Assembly (NCBI GenBank): GCA_963751815.1
Contig: CAVVVY010000009.1
Span: 9,578-73,577 of the forward strand
DNA length: 64,000 nucleotides
DNA from: an uncultured Solirubrobacterales bacterium
Lineage (GTDB): Bacteria > Actinomycetota > Thermoleophilia > Solirubrobacterales > 70-9
Direction: 5' to 3'
The notes under the pieces were generated by a model. That model ran no database searches. It had not been told where the DNA came from and saw nothing but the letters and a program-made list of their open reading frames with translations. Every line of letters starts with the position of its first letter. Position 1 is the first letter of the stretch. The position numbers were made by a program, and so were the translations under genes. Positions 1 to 8,537 of this stretch are shown here, piece after piece.

Positions 1-1855
1 GGCCCGGTCAGCTGGGTCCGAACCCCCTTCGCCCCCGCTTCCTGGACCGCCGCCCTGCCCGGCCGCGTCAGCTTGATCGGGACGGGGGTCGTCCCCGGGC
101 CGGGGACGCTGAACTGCGCCCGTCCGATCTGGGCCCGCTTGGCGAAGCTGCGCCCGTTGCGCTTCGAGCTTGACCCGGGCGATCAGCCTGACCACCCCGG
201 TGCATCCGGCCGGGCTCGGGCAATGCACCATCACCAGCGCCGCGCCGCGCCGGACCCTGACGTTGCGACCGGCGTTCGGGAGGCGGTAGATCGTGATCGT
301 CCCGGCGGCGCTGCCGGTGTTGCCGAGGTTGTCGGCGGTGAGGATCGAGATCGGGTAGGTGCCGGGACTGGCGAAGGTGTGCTCGACCGAGCTCCCGGCG
401 GCGCCCTCCCCCCCATCGCCGAAGTTCCAATCGATCGACCTCACCGGAGACCAGTTCTCGAAGGTCGCGGCGGCGAACCGGACCGGCTGGCGGACCGTCG
501 CCGCGGCCGGGATCGAGAGCGACGGGAAGGTCGGGCCGGCGCCGTCGAAGCCGGCCGCCTGGACGATCGTGTTGGCCCCGTTTTCGCGCGACCAGATCGC
601 GGCCCCGTCGCCGGTCGCGCCGACCGCGAGCTGCGGTTCGAGTGAGCTGAAGCCGAGCTCGGACAGTTCATCGATCCCGGTCCAGGCGCCGCCGGCCGGC
701 TTCGTCCGGCCGTCGATCACCGTCGGGCTGGCGCTCGAGCGGGCCCAGGCGGCCTCGGCGTTCCCGCGCGGGTCGATCACGACATGGGGAGTGACGACGG
801 TCTGGGTCAGGCCCGGCTGGGTGAGGTCCTGGGTCGGCTGCCAGGCGCCGCCACCGGGCTTCTCGCGCGACTCGATCGAGGTGTACGGCCCCGCCGATCC
901 GAGCGACCAGACCGCGATCGCCCGCCCTCCGGCCAACGCCACGTCCGGTTCGGTCGCGTCCTCGCCGGCGCCGGTCAGATCGAGCGCTTCGAGCCAGTTG
1001 CCGCCGGGCGCCATCTCGGCCGCCTGCACGGTCGCCGCGCTCCCGACCGTGCGCGACCAGACCGCGACGGCGCCGCCGCCGGGGTCGACGGCGATCTGCG
1101 GTTCCTTCGCGTCGCCGCCGGCTTCGGAGAGGTCGTCGGCGGCGGCCCAGGCGCCGCCGCTCGACCTGAACGCCGCCTGGGCGATCGTGTCGGTGCCTTC
1201 GAGGCGGGTCCAGACCGCGACCACGTTGCCGGCTCCGTCGGCGGCCAGCTGCGGTTCCTTCGCGTTCTCGCCTTTGGCGGAGAGGTCGACGGGTTTGGAC
1301 CACGGCGCCTCCAGCCGACGGACGCGAGGAAGGCGCTCTGGACGATGGTGTTGAAGCCGTCGGACCGCTGCCAGACGGCGACCGCGCGACCCGCCGAATC
1401 GATCGCGACCTGGGGTTCGCCCGCGGTTTTTTCGGAGTCCGAGAGGTCGACGCACCGGCGTCCAGGCGCCGCCGGCCGGCTTCGAGGCGCCCTGGATGAC
1501 GACGTGGGCGCCGTTGGTCCGCGCCCAGACGGCGACCGCACTCCCGCCCGGGCCGATCGCGACCTGGGGTTCGGTCGCGCTGCGGCCCACCGCCGAGAGG
1601 TCGACGGGCGGAGTCCAGCCGCCGCCGGCCGGGCGCGAGGAGGCCTGGATGATGAAGTCCGAGCCGTTGCTGCGACCCCAGACGGCGACGGTGTCGCCGC
1701 CGGCGTCGACGGCGACCTGCGGTTCGACCGCATCGCGGCCCGGCGCCGAGAGGTCGGTGGGCGCCAGCCAGGCCGGAGCCGCCGCGGCCGGACCGGCCGA
1801 CGCCAAGGATGGCCAGCACGCCCAGCGCGATGAAGGTTGCCGCGCGCCTGATCAT
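1..1855 (-). pseudogene. Secreted repeat protein with ~50-aa propeller-like units and a C-terminal PKD-like domain. The 3' end lies beyond the window and there are at least 5 frame changes.
   Basis: ATG at 1855 overlaps the stop of 1852..2658 (ATGA). The N-terminus MIRRAATFIALGVLAILGV looks like a signal peptide. Hand translation of the minus strand shows a unit (P.DLS..G..A.EPQVA....G.AVAVW.R..G...IVQA) repeated at least 7 times while hopping between all three frames. Examples are DSEKTAGEPQVAIDSAGRAVAVWQRSDGFNTIVQSAF at ~1440-1325, then WSKPVDLSAKGENAKEPQ from ~1300. Positions 420-301 encode GDGGEGAAGSSVEHTFASPGTYPISILTADNLGNTGSAAG, which is PKD-like. The frame stays open to position 1, so the gene is absent from the ORF track. 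Confidence 0.6.
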
Positions 1856-2658
1856 GCCCCGCCGGCTTTTACCCGGCAGGAGCGGGTCAGCGTCGCCGAC
1901 AGCTCACGCCCGTCCTCGAAGGCCATTTCCGCGAAGACGAACGGAAAGAAGGCCTTCTTGAGGTCGCCGGGAGCCTCGCACGGGGCGGACAGATAGGTCC
2001 GGTGCTGGCCGTGGAAGGTGTAGTTGCGATGGAGACGGAGGCTGATCCGCTTGAGGAAGCCCCAGCGGGTCAGCCCTGGTGGTGAAACGCCGTGCAGGAC
2101 GGTGCTGTACTTGCCCTTGGTGTGGCGGACGTCGAAGACGATGACGTTTGCGTTCGGGGCCGGGTCTTCGCCGTAGACGTGGGCGAGGATCGTCTCGTGC
2201 CCGTGTTCGAACCCGTTGAAGGCGGTGATGCTGCCGTGGGTCGGCGAGCGCGATTGTTCGGGGAAGGTGCTCCTCGCCCGGTAGGTCCCGGTGCCGACCA
2301 GCGCGTCGCGGCACTCTTCGAGGGCCTGCTTGCGCGAGGCGGCGATCAGCTCGCCCTTCTTGCACCGCGGCAGGCCGCGCGTTTCGAGGTGGCCGTTGCG
2401 GTTGAGGGCGAGCGTGATGCTGCTCAGCGACGGCGGGTCGTCGCCCTTCAGCGTCCTCACCTTGCCGTCCATCCAGACGGTGATCGGCGCCAGTTCGTGG
2501 CGGGGCAGCGCGACCGGTTCGATGCCGCCGCTGAAGTTGACGAAGAGGTTGCCCTTCGAGGTCAGCTCCGCTCTCGCGAAGGTCGCCATGACGCCGGCCA
2601 GCACGAGCACAGCCGCCCCCAGGGCAAACGCCCTCCCTTTGCCTGACAGTCCTCTCAT
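1852..2658 (-). CDS. Secreted hypothetical protein, paralog of 8706..9536 (the F family)
   Basis: Intact 268-aa ORF with signal peptide MRGLSGKGRAFALGAAVLVLAGVMATFA. It aligns along its length with the 8706..9536 product: GGIEPVALPRHE vs GGIKPRKLPRDE, CRDALVGTG vs CGDSLVGRG, YLSAPCEAP...TRSCRV vs YLNASCPVP...VRSCRV. Its stop overlaps the next start (ATGA). Confidence 0.75.
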   Translation of the reverse strand: MRGLSGKGRAFALGAAVLVLAGVMATFARAELTSKGNLFVNFSGGIEPVALPRHELAPITVWMDGKVRTLKGDDPPSLSSITLALNRNGHLETRGLPRCKKGELIAASRKQALEECRDALVGTGTYRARSTFPEQSRSPTHGSITAFNGFEHGHETILAHVYGEDPAPNANVIVFDVRHTKGKYSTVLHGVSPPGLTRWGFLKRISLRLHRNYTFHGQHRTYLSAPCEAPGDLKKAFFPFVFAEMAFEDGRELSATLTRSCRVKAGGA

Positions 2659-2709
2659 CCCCCCGCCGAATGATAGTCGCGGAGCGGAATTCCGGGGCGG
2701 ATTCTCAGA

Positions 2710-3557
2710 TCAGAGACCGGCCGCCTCGGCGAGCAGGTCGATCTGGTCGATCTCGGCGCTGCAGGGGAAGAAGGTGAGCTCGTCGCAGCCGGCCTCGCGG
2801 TAGCCGTCGATCTGCTGCCGGACGGCGTCGGCGTCGGTCGCGGCGCCGGCGATGATGAACCCCGCCACCTCCTCGCCGAGCCAGGCGTAGTAGTGGCCGA
2901 GGTCCCTCCGCGCGTTCTCCTCGGCCTGCTCGCCGAGCGAGTAGTAGGCGATCGCCAGCGTGCGCGCCTCGCCGCTGCGGCCGGCCTCGCTCCAGGCCGC
3001 GCGCGCTTTCGGCGCCAGCTCGGCGAACTGTTCGAACCCGGTCGCTCCCTGGATCCAGCCGTCGCCGAACTTGGCGACCCGCTCGAAGGCCTTGTCGACC
3101 TGGCCGCCGATGATCAGGCTGCGGCGGAGCATCGACCGTGGGGCCGACCCCGCCGTCCTTCCAGGCCGCGGTGAGATCGGTGAGGAGCTGGTCGAAGAGG
3201 CGACCGCGTTCGCCGGTCTCGACGCCGCTCGCCTCGTAGTCGTCGTCGCGGGCGCCGAGGCCGATCCCGAGCGTGAGGCGGCCGCCCGAGAGCGCCTGAA
3301 CCGACTGGGCCTGCTTCGCCAGCAGCGGCGCGTTGGAGCGAAGCGGCCCGAGCAGAACCGCGGTGAGCAGTCCGATCCGCTCGGTCACCGCCGCCGCGGC
3401 GGCGAGCGCCGTCAGCGGCTCGTAGCTCTCGTAGAGAATCCGGTCGAGGGTCCCGAGGCTGGAGAAGCCGCGCTGCCTCCGACCGCTTCGCCCACTCGAC
3501 GATGGCGTCACGATCGGCGCCGGGGATCATGTTCGGAAGACCGATGCCGATGTCCAA
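2710..3557 (-). pseudogene. LLM-class (luciferase-like) F420-dependent oxidoreductase with two frame changes
   Basis: ORF-track pieces 3114..3557, 2705..3511 and 2710..3132 read consecutively as one LLM protein. The segments are MDIGIGLPNMIPGADRDAIVEWAKRSEAA, then GFSSLGTLDRILYESYEPLTALAAAAAVTERIGLLTAVLLGPLRSN...GGRLTLGIGLGARDDDYE, then LIIGGQVDKAFERVAKFGDGWIQG...CDELTFFPCS. Frame changes fall near ~3470 and ~3130. Confidence 0.75.
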
Positions 3558-3615
3558 CTGGGGACCTCCAGGTTCGAGTTGCGTTCAGCGATCCTGAGCC
3601 TAGCCAAGCGTTAGA

Positions 3616-4059
3616 TTGGGCAGGATGGGCGACGCCGACGGGATCGAGGCGCTGACCGAGGCGATCGGTCGCTACAACGACGCCTGGAACGCCCACGACC
3701 TCGACGCGATCATGGCGCTGCACGCGCCCGACATGGTCTTCGCCAACCACACCGCGGGCGAGTCGGCCGAGGGGGACGAGGTTCGGTCCCACATCGCCTC
3801 GATCTTCGAGAGCTGGCCGGACCTGAGGTTCGAGACCCGCCGGCTCTACGTCCGCGAGGGCCTGGTCGTCCAGGAGTGGACCGCGACCGCGACCCAGACC
3901 AAGACGATGCGGCGCGGCGACCTCGAGGCGGCGCCGAGCGGCAACACGGTGAGCTGGGACGGGATCGACTCGATCCCGTTCGAGAACGGCCTCGTCAAGC
4001 GCAAGGACGTCTACTCGGACTCGGTCTCGATCCTGCGCCAGGTCGGCCTGCTCGACTGA
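3616..4059 (+). CDS. SnoaL-like / NTF2-fold (polyketide cyclase-like) protein
   Basis: Intact 147-aa ORF. It carries EAIGRYNDAWNAHDLDAIMALHAPDMVF...VVQEWTATATQ...NTVSWDGIDSIPFENGLVKRKDVYSDS, typical of SnoaL-like domains. Confidence 0.8.
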   Translation: MGRMGDADGIEALTEAIGRYNDAWNAHDLDAIMALHAPDMVFANHTAGESAEGDEVRSHIASIFESWPDLRFETRRLYVREGLVVQEWTATATQTKTMRRGDLEAAPSGNTVSWDGIDSIPFENGLVKRKDVYSDSVSILRQVGLLD

Positions 4060-4065
4060 GCCGGC

Positions 4066-4491
4066 TCAACCCCGCAGCCGGCGCACCCGGCTGCGGACGA
4101 ATCGGGGCCATGACCGCGGCCGCCGCGCGGCGGCGAGGAGGAGCGGGGTCGGGTCGAAGTAGGAGATCCGCTCGGTCGCCAGCCCGTCCTCGCCGATGAC
4201 GAGGCGGTCGATCGCCTCGAGGGTGATCGGCCGGCCACCGAGTCGGCCTCGGAGGATGAGCTCGATCAGGACGCCGTCCTCGGTCGCCCCCCAGCGCCGG
4301 ACCTCTCCGGTCAGCCCCTCGATCAGGGAGAAGATCTCGGCGAACGCGTCGCGGCCGTCCTCGAGGGTCACGGTCGTCGGGGTCATCGGGGTGACGAGGC
4401 GCACCCGCTCACCGAGCACCTCGCCGAGTCGCTCGACGCTCGGGGCCGACCAGAAGTCCGCGAAGCGGTCCACGTACTCGCCGGCGGTCAT
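4066..4491 (-). CDS. NTF2/SnoaL-like domain protein
   Basis: Intact 141-aa ORF (YVDRFADFWSAPSVERLGEVLGERVRL...GRPITLEAIDRLVIGEDGLATERISYFD). Its 4-nt overlap with 4488.. suggests co-transcription with the TetR gene. Confidence 0.65.
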   Translation of the reverse strand: MTAGEYVDRFADFWSAPSVERLGEVLGERVRLVTPMTPTTVTLEDGRDAFAEIFSLIEGLTGEVRRWGATEDGVLIELILRGRLGGRPITLEAIDRLVIGEDGLATERISYFDPTPLLLAAARRPRSWPRFVRSRVRRLRG

Positions 4492-5099
4492 CCGGACCCC
4501 TCGAGGATGCGATCGGTCGCCCGGCGGGCGAGGTCGAAGACCCGGCGATCGCCGCTGAGGCGGTGGCGGGAGTTGGCCCCCATCACGACCGCGTAGAGCT
4601 CGAAGGCGACCCGGTCGGGCTCGTCGAGGCCGGCGAGCGCGGCCTGACGCTCGAGCTCGCCGAGCCAGGCGTCGATCGCGGCGGCGATCGCGTCGCGGAC
4701 GGGGCCCGGCCGGTCGTCGTACTCGGCGGTGGTCGCGGCCCAGAAGCAGCCGCCGGAGTACGGCGACGAGTCGAGGTAGGCGAAGTAGGAGTCGACCATC
4801 GCCCGCAGGCGGGGGGCGCCCTCGGGCGCCTCGGCGGCGGGCGCGAGCACGGTGCGGGTGAAATGGAGGGTCGCCGACTCGACCGCCGCAAGCTGCAGGT
4901 CCTGCTTCGAGCCGAAATGGGCGAAGAGGCCGCTCTTGCTCATCTCCATCTCCGACGCGAGGCGCCCGATCGTCAGGCCCTCGAGCCCGTCGGTCGAGGC
5001 GAGGTCGACCGCCCGCTCGAGGATCGCGGCTCGGGTCTCCGCGCCCTTGCCGGCCTCCGGGGGCGCCGCGGTGGGGGTCTTCGCCTCGATCGGGTCAGG
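4488..5099 (-). CDS. TetR/AcrR family transcriptional regulator (start codon unresolved)
   Basis: The ORF track starts at 4949. The same frame upstream encodes the HTH (ETRAAILERAVDLASTDGLEGLTIGRLASEMEMSKSGLFAHFGSKQDL). That frame is open from 5099, just after an in-frame TAG at 5100-5102. There is no ATG, GTG or TTG before 4949. Confidence 0.75.
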   Translation of the reverse strand, partial: PDPIEAKTPTAAPPEAGKGAETRAAILERAVDLASTDGLEGLTIGRLASEMEMSKSGLFAHFGSKQDLQLAAVESATLHFTRTVLAPAAEAPEGAPRLRAMVDSYFAYLDSSPYSGGCFWAATTAEYDDRPGPVRDAIAAAIDAWLGELERQAALAGLDEPDRVAFELYAVVMGANSRHRLSGDRRVFDLARRATDRILEGSG

Positions 5100-5110
5100 C
5101 TACAGAAAAG

Positions 5111-5124
5111 CACGAACGTTCGTG
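5111..5124. promoter_or_regulatory. 14-bp perfect palindrome CACGAACGTTCGTG, a candidate TetR operator in the divergent intergenic region
   Basis: Read directly from the sequence. It lies between the TetR gene (minus strand) and the cupin gene (plus strand) and is flanked by the imperfect outer repeat CTACAGA...TCTGTA. Confidence 0.5.
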
Positions 5125-5174
5125 CGATCTGTATAGGATCCGCCGAAAGGGACAAGACCACTGGAGGAGGAGCG

Positions 5175-5567
5175 ATGAGCGAGTACGCGGTGAGGAAGAT
5201 CGATGAGATGGAGTCGGTCTATCTGGGTGCCTTCAAGCGCGCCCGGGCAGAGCTCGGCGTCGAGTCGTTCGGGCTGTCGATCATCGACCTGCCCCCCAAC
5301 TTCGAGAACTACCCCGAGCACGACCACTCCGGCGACGGACAGGAGGAGGTCTTCATGGCGCTGCGCGGCGGCGGCGAGATCGAGATCGAGGGCGAGCGCT
5401 TTCCGCTCGACGCCGATCACGTGATCCGGGTCTCCGCCGGAACCAAGCGCAAGGTCTGGCCGGGAGACGACGGGGTTCGCCTGCTGGCGATCGGCGGCGT
5501 GCCGGGTGGGCCCTACGAGCCGCCGGCGAACTCGAAGCTCGGCGAACCCGACCCGATGGCGAGGTAG
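5175..5567 (+). CDS. Cupin domain protein
   Basis: ATG at 5175 is preceded by GGAGGAGG (5163-5170). The sequence MSEYAVRKIDEMESVYLGAFKRA...YPEHDHSGDGQEEVFMALRGGGEIEIEGERFPLDADHVIRVSAG carries a cupin His motif. It is the downstream part of ORF 4563..5567. Confidence 0.8.
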   Translation: MSEYAVRKIDEMESVYLGAFKRARAELGVESFGLSIIDLPPNFENYPEHDHSGDGQEEVFMALRGGGEIEIEGERFPLDADHVIRVSAGTKRKVWPGDDGVRLLAIGGVPGGPYEPPANSKLGEPDPMAR

Positions 5568-5578
5568 TCTCCTGCCCG

Positions 5579-6471
5579 GTGCGATGGCTCCCGGTCCTCC
5601 TCGGCACCCTGCTGTTGGCGCTCGTCTCCGCTGCCCCGGCGCCGGCCGCGATCGAGCAACAACTCCGAAGACCCGGTCGTCGTCATCGCCGGCGACGTCG
5701 AGATCGAACCCGAAGAGGTCGTCGATGAGGATCTTTCTCGTCAACGGCCACGCGCAGGATCTTCGGCCGGGTCGACGGCGACGTCGTCGTCGTCGACGGT
5801 GACCTCGTGCTGCACGGGCAGATCGACGGCAATGTGGTAATGGTTGCCGGCCGCGGCCCATCTCCTGCCCGGGTCCAGCGTCGGCGGCGACATCACCTAC
5901 GGCGACGAGGCTCCTCGAATCGCCCGCACCGCGCAGGGTCGGAGGGGATGTTCAGAAGGAGACCTGGTCTGACGTCGTCGGCCTCTACTCGATCGTCGGC
6001 GCCTTCGTCCTCTGGCTGGCGGTCGGCGTCTCCGCTGCTGATCCTCGGGATCCTCCTGTTGCTCATCGCCCCGCGCGCCGCCGACGCGGTCTTCGAACAG
6101 GCACAGGGCGGTTCTGGACGGCGGTCGGGATCGGGGTCGGGATGCTGATCGCGGTCCCGATCGCGATCTTCGTCGCCGCGATCACCCTGGTCGGCCTGCC
6201 GCTCGCGATCGGCCTCGGCCTCGCGGCGCTGCCCTTTGCGGCGATCGCCTATGTGACGGCGGCCTGGGCGCTCGGCCGGGTCATGGTCAGGCCGCCGCGG
6301 GGCCGGATCCTCGCCTTCCTCGCCGGTCTCGCGATCCTGCGGCTGCTGGCGCTCGTGCCCGCGATCGGCCTGCTCGTCGGGCTCGGCGCGGTGATCGTCG
6401 GCATCGGCCTGCTCGGCGCCGCTATCGGGGCGGCTCGCGAGCCGGCCGTTGCTCATACCCCCGGCAGCTGA
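5579..6471 (+). pseudogene. Signal peptide, bactofilin-like beta-helix repeats and a polytopic membrane domain in one gene, with at least 5 frame changes
   Basis: GTG at 5579 gives VRWLPVLLGTLLLALVSAAPAPAA. Other frames then give DPVVVIAGDVEIEPEEVV, GRVDGDVVVVDGDLVLHGQIDGNVVMVAGR, SSVGGDITYGDEAPRIA, and LLILGILLLLIAPRAADAVFEQAQGG. The intact tail is ORF 6142..6471 (MLIAVPIAIFVAAITLVGLPLAIGLGLAALPF...). Confidence 0.45.
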
Positions 6472-6616
6472 GCACCGGCAGCCGCGGGTAGCGCGGGTAC
6501 TCGGGTTCGGTCCGGGACCGCAGGCAGAGCGAGAAGACCGAGCCCCTGGTGTTGGGGACGAGCTGCTGGTGGACGCACTCGTCGCAGAGACCGCGGCCGA
6601 TCGGTCGATCGCTCAC
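6422..6616 (-). CDS. Small Cys-containing conserved hypothetical protein
   Basis: 64-aa ORF with CDECVHQQLVPNTRGSVFSLCLRS...YPRYPRLPVLSCRGYE. The C..C...C...C spacing recalls small zinc-ribbon-like proteins. It overlaps the 3' end of 5579..6471 by 50 nt. Confidence 0.4.
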   Translation of the reverse strand: MSDRPIGRGLCDECVHQQLVPNTRGSVFSLCLRSRTEPEYPRYPRLPVLSCRGYEQRPAREPPR

Positions 6617-6633
6617 ACGGTGAAGCTAGCGCC

Positions 6634-7236
6634 CTAGCAGGGGCGTTTCTCGGGGGCGCCTTCCCAGAGCGTCCTGCCGGACCCACTGAGGCTGACCAGG
6701 CGCTCCGGGCACCAGGGGCCGCGGACCGAGAAGGCGGCGTACCGCAGACCGGCGAGCCCGCCGCCCCGCGATTGGTCGGTGCTGAGCTCGTTGGCGGCGA
6801 TCGTCGCCGTCGTGCCGTCCGAATCCGTGATCTGCACGCGGCGCACCTTCGAGGAGAAGATCATTCCCACCGCCGTCAGCTGGGCCTGCGGGCCGCTGCT
6901 GGGGACGACTCCGCTGGCGACCAGCGGCGCCTCGGTCGCGGCGAGGGTTCCGGGGCTGTCGGCGCACTGCTGGTAGCGGCTGCCGCCGTAGCTGAATCGT
7001 CCGCGCAGCCATTTCGTCCCGACCAGCAGGCAGGGCTTGCGGGCATCGCTCTGGGACCCCGCCGCGTCGGGGCCGCCGGAGCGGCTCGCCTTCACCGACC
7101 AGAGGTAATCGCCCTGGCGCCCGCTGTCGAGGACGACCCAGGCACTCGACGCTCCGGGAGCGGCGATCGCGGCGCAGGCGGACATCGCCAATACGGCCAC
7201 TGCGGTAAGCGCGATTTTCTTCAGGGCCCGGTTCAT
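6634..7236 (-). CDS. Secreted protein or lipoprotein, hypothetical
   Basis: An internal ATG at 7236 gives MNRALKKIALTAVAVLAMSACAAIAAPGASSA, a signal peptide with a lipobox-like MSAC. It lies 4 nt downstream of the TetR stop at 7241, so it is probably co-transcribed. Confidence 0.6.
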   Translation of the reverse strand: MNRALKKIALTAVAVLAMSACAAIAAPGASSAWVVLDSGRQGDYLWSVKASRSGGPDAAGSQSDARKPCLLVGTKWLRGRFSYGGSRYQQCADSPGTLAATEAPLVASGVVPSSGPQAQLTAVGMIFSSKVRRVQITDSDGTTATIAANELSTDQSRGGGLAGLRYAAFSVRGPWCPERLVSLSGSGRTLWEGAPEKRPC

Positions 7237-7240
7237 CGAC

Positions 7241-7921
7241 CTAGCTCCGCAGCGCGCGCTTCGCCTCGTCGCCACCGAGGTAGGGCGTGAGGATGATCTG
7301 GACGAGAGCGGTGGTCAGCTCCGGCATCGGGCCGATCCGGTCGTTGGCGAGACACGATCCGACGATCGAGATCGCGGCGCCGACCGCGGCCTGCTCGGTG
7401 AGGTCGCTGGGCGACCGGGCGTCCGGGCAATTCCGGGAGCCGTCGCGCAGAAGTTCGACCAGCCACTCGTTGGCGGAGATCCCGTCGCGGGCCAGCTGCG
7501 GCTCCGAGGACGGGTGGCTCGAGGCGAGGATGAGACGCGCGTCCTGGGGGAACTCGGCGACGAAATCGAGCGCCGAGGCGACGCCGGCGGCGACGCCGCG
7601 CGGCCACTCCTGCTCGGCGGAGCAGGAGGTGACGATCGTCGCGTGGAGGCGGTCGAAGGCGCGCTGCTGGGCGGCGAGCAGGCAGTCGAATTTGTTGTCG
7701 AAGATCTCGTAGAAGGTCCCGCGCGAGACCCCTGCCTGCTGGATCACATTGGCGACCGCCAGCGCGGCGTAACCCTGGTCGGAGAAGATTTCCGTCGCCG
7801 CGTCGAGCAGCCGGTCGCGCTGGTTCTCGGTGACGAGCGCCTGCGGAATCCCGTGGCGGCCCCGCGGGAGGCGGGATCCGTATTCGACTCCCTCGACGAC
7901 GATCGTGCCCTCGTAGCTCAT
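7241..7921 (-). CDS. TetR family transcriptional regulator
   Basis: HTH region NQRDRLLDAATEIFSDQGYAALAVANVIQQAGVSRGTFYEIFDNKFDCLLAA. I place the start at ATG 7921 (MSYEGTIVVEG...) because the ORF-track start at 7957 lies inside the promoter-like motif. The -10-like hexamer ends 7 nt before this ATG, which suggests a leaderless mRNA. Confidence 0.8.
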   Translation of the reverse strand: MSYEGTIVVEGVEYGSRLPRGRHGIPQALVTENQRDRLLDAATEIFSDQGYAALAVANVIQQAGVSRGTFYEIFDNKFDCLLAAQQRAFDRLHATIVTSCSAEQEWPRGVAAGVASALDFVAEFPQDARLILASSHPSSEPQLARDGISANEWLVELLRDGSRNCPDARSPSDLTEQAAVGAAISIVGSCLANDRIGPMPELTTALVQIILTPYLGGDEAKRALRS

Positions 7922-7926
7922 GTCCA

Positions 7927-7960
7927 GAATAAGAACATGAACGGACCCGTAAGTCAAGGG
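7927..7960 (-). promoter_or_regulatory. Conserved promoter/operator-like motif, copy 1
   Basis: The minus strand reads CCCTTGACTTACGGGTCCGTTCATGTTCTTATTC. That gives TTGACT, a 17-nt spacer and TCTTAT, with the core GGTCCG-N5-GTTC inside the spacer and -10 region. Confidence 0.5.
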
Positions 7961-8009
7961 TAAATTCTAAAAAGAGGCTAATTCGTGCGTGAAGAAACCG
8001 TACGAGCCT

Positions 8010-8525
8010 CTACCTAAGGCCCCGATACGGCAAAAGAATCAGGTACGCCAGGTCCGGAGCGAGGTCCGGAAGCTGCTTGGCGGAGCCGATCACGAGGTGG
8101 CTGCGGACGATCATCGCGATCGAGGCGACCATCGCCCTGTCGGCGGCGATCGGGAACAGCTTCTCGTCGGGCGCCGCATCGTGGAGCAGCTGCGTGAAGT
8201 AGGCGATCACGTCGTCCTGGCGGTCGACGGCGGAGTCGGCGGCGCGCGCTTCGATCGTCAGCGCCCTGGCCTCCGCCGGATGCGCGGCGGCGAACTCGAG
8301 CGCGGCGCGGACGCCGGCCGCGACCCGGGCCTCCCACCCGGTGACGCGGCCGCATGCGCCCTCGACCTCTCCCTGGAGCTGCCCGAAGCTGGTCGAGAAA
8401 CCCTCCCCCTGGGCACGCCTGCCGATCGGAGCCGGAGCGGCTTCGCGACGGCTCGTCCTGCTCCCGTTCGGGTGCGCGGCCGCTTTGGCCGATTGCCACT
8501 CCCTTGTTGGTCTGGGGACGTGCAT
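8010..8525 (-). CDS. TetR C-terminal-domain-like protein lacking the HTH
   Basis: From ATG 8525 the sequence is MHVPRPTREWQSAKAAAHPNGSRTSRREAAPAPIGRRAQGEGFSTSFGQLQGEVEGACGRVTGWEARVAAGVRAALEFAAAHP... This aligns with residues after the HTH of the 7241..7921 product (QQRAFDRLHATIVTSCSAEQEWPRGVAAGVASALDFVAEFP). Only about 45 aa precede that point, and no frame encodes an HTH. Confidence 0.5.
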   Translation of the reverse strand: MHVPRPTREWQSAKAAAHPNGSRTSRREAAPAPIGRRAQGEGFSTSFGQLQGEVEGACGRVTGWEARVAAGVRAALEFAAAHPAEARALTIEARAADSAVDRQDDVIAYFTQLLHDAAPDEKLFPIAADRAMVASIAMIVRSHLVIGSAKQLPDLAPDLAYLILLPYRGLR

Positions 8526-8537
8526 CGAGGTCGGAAT

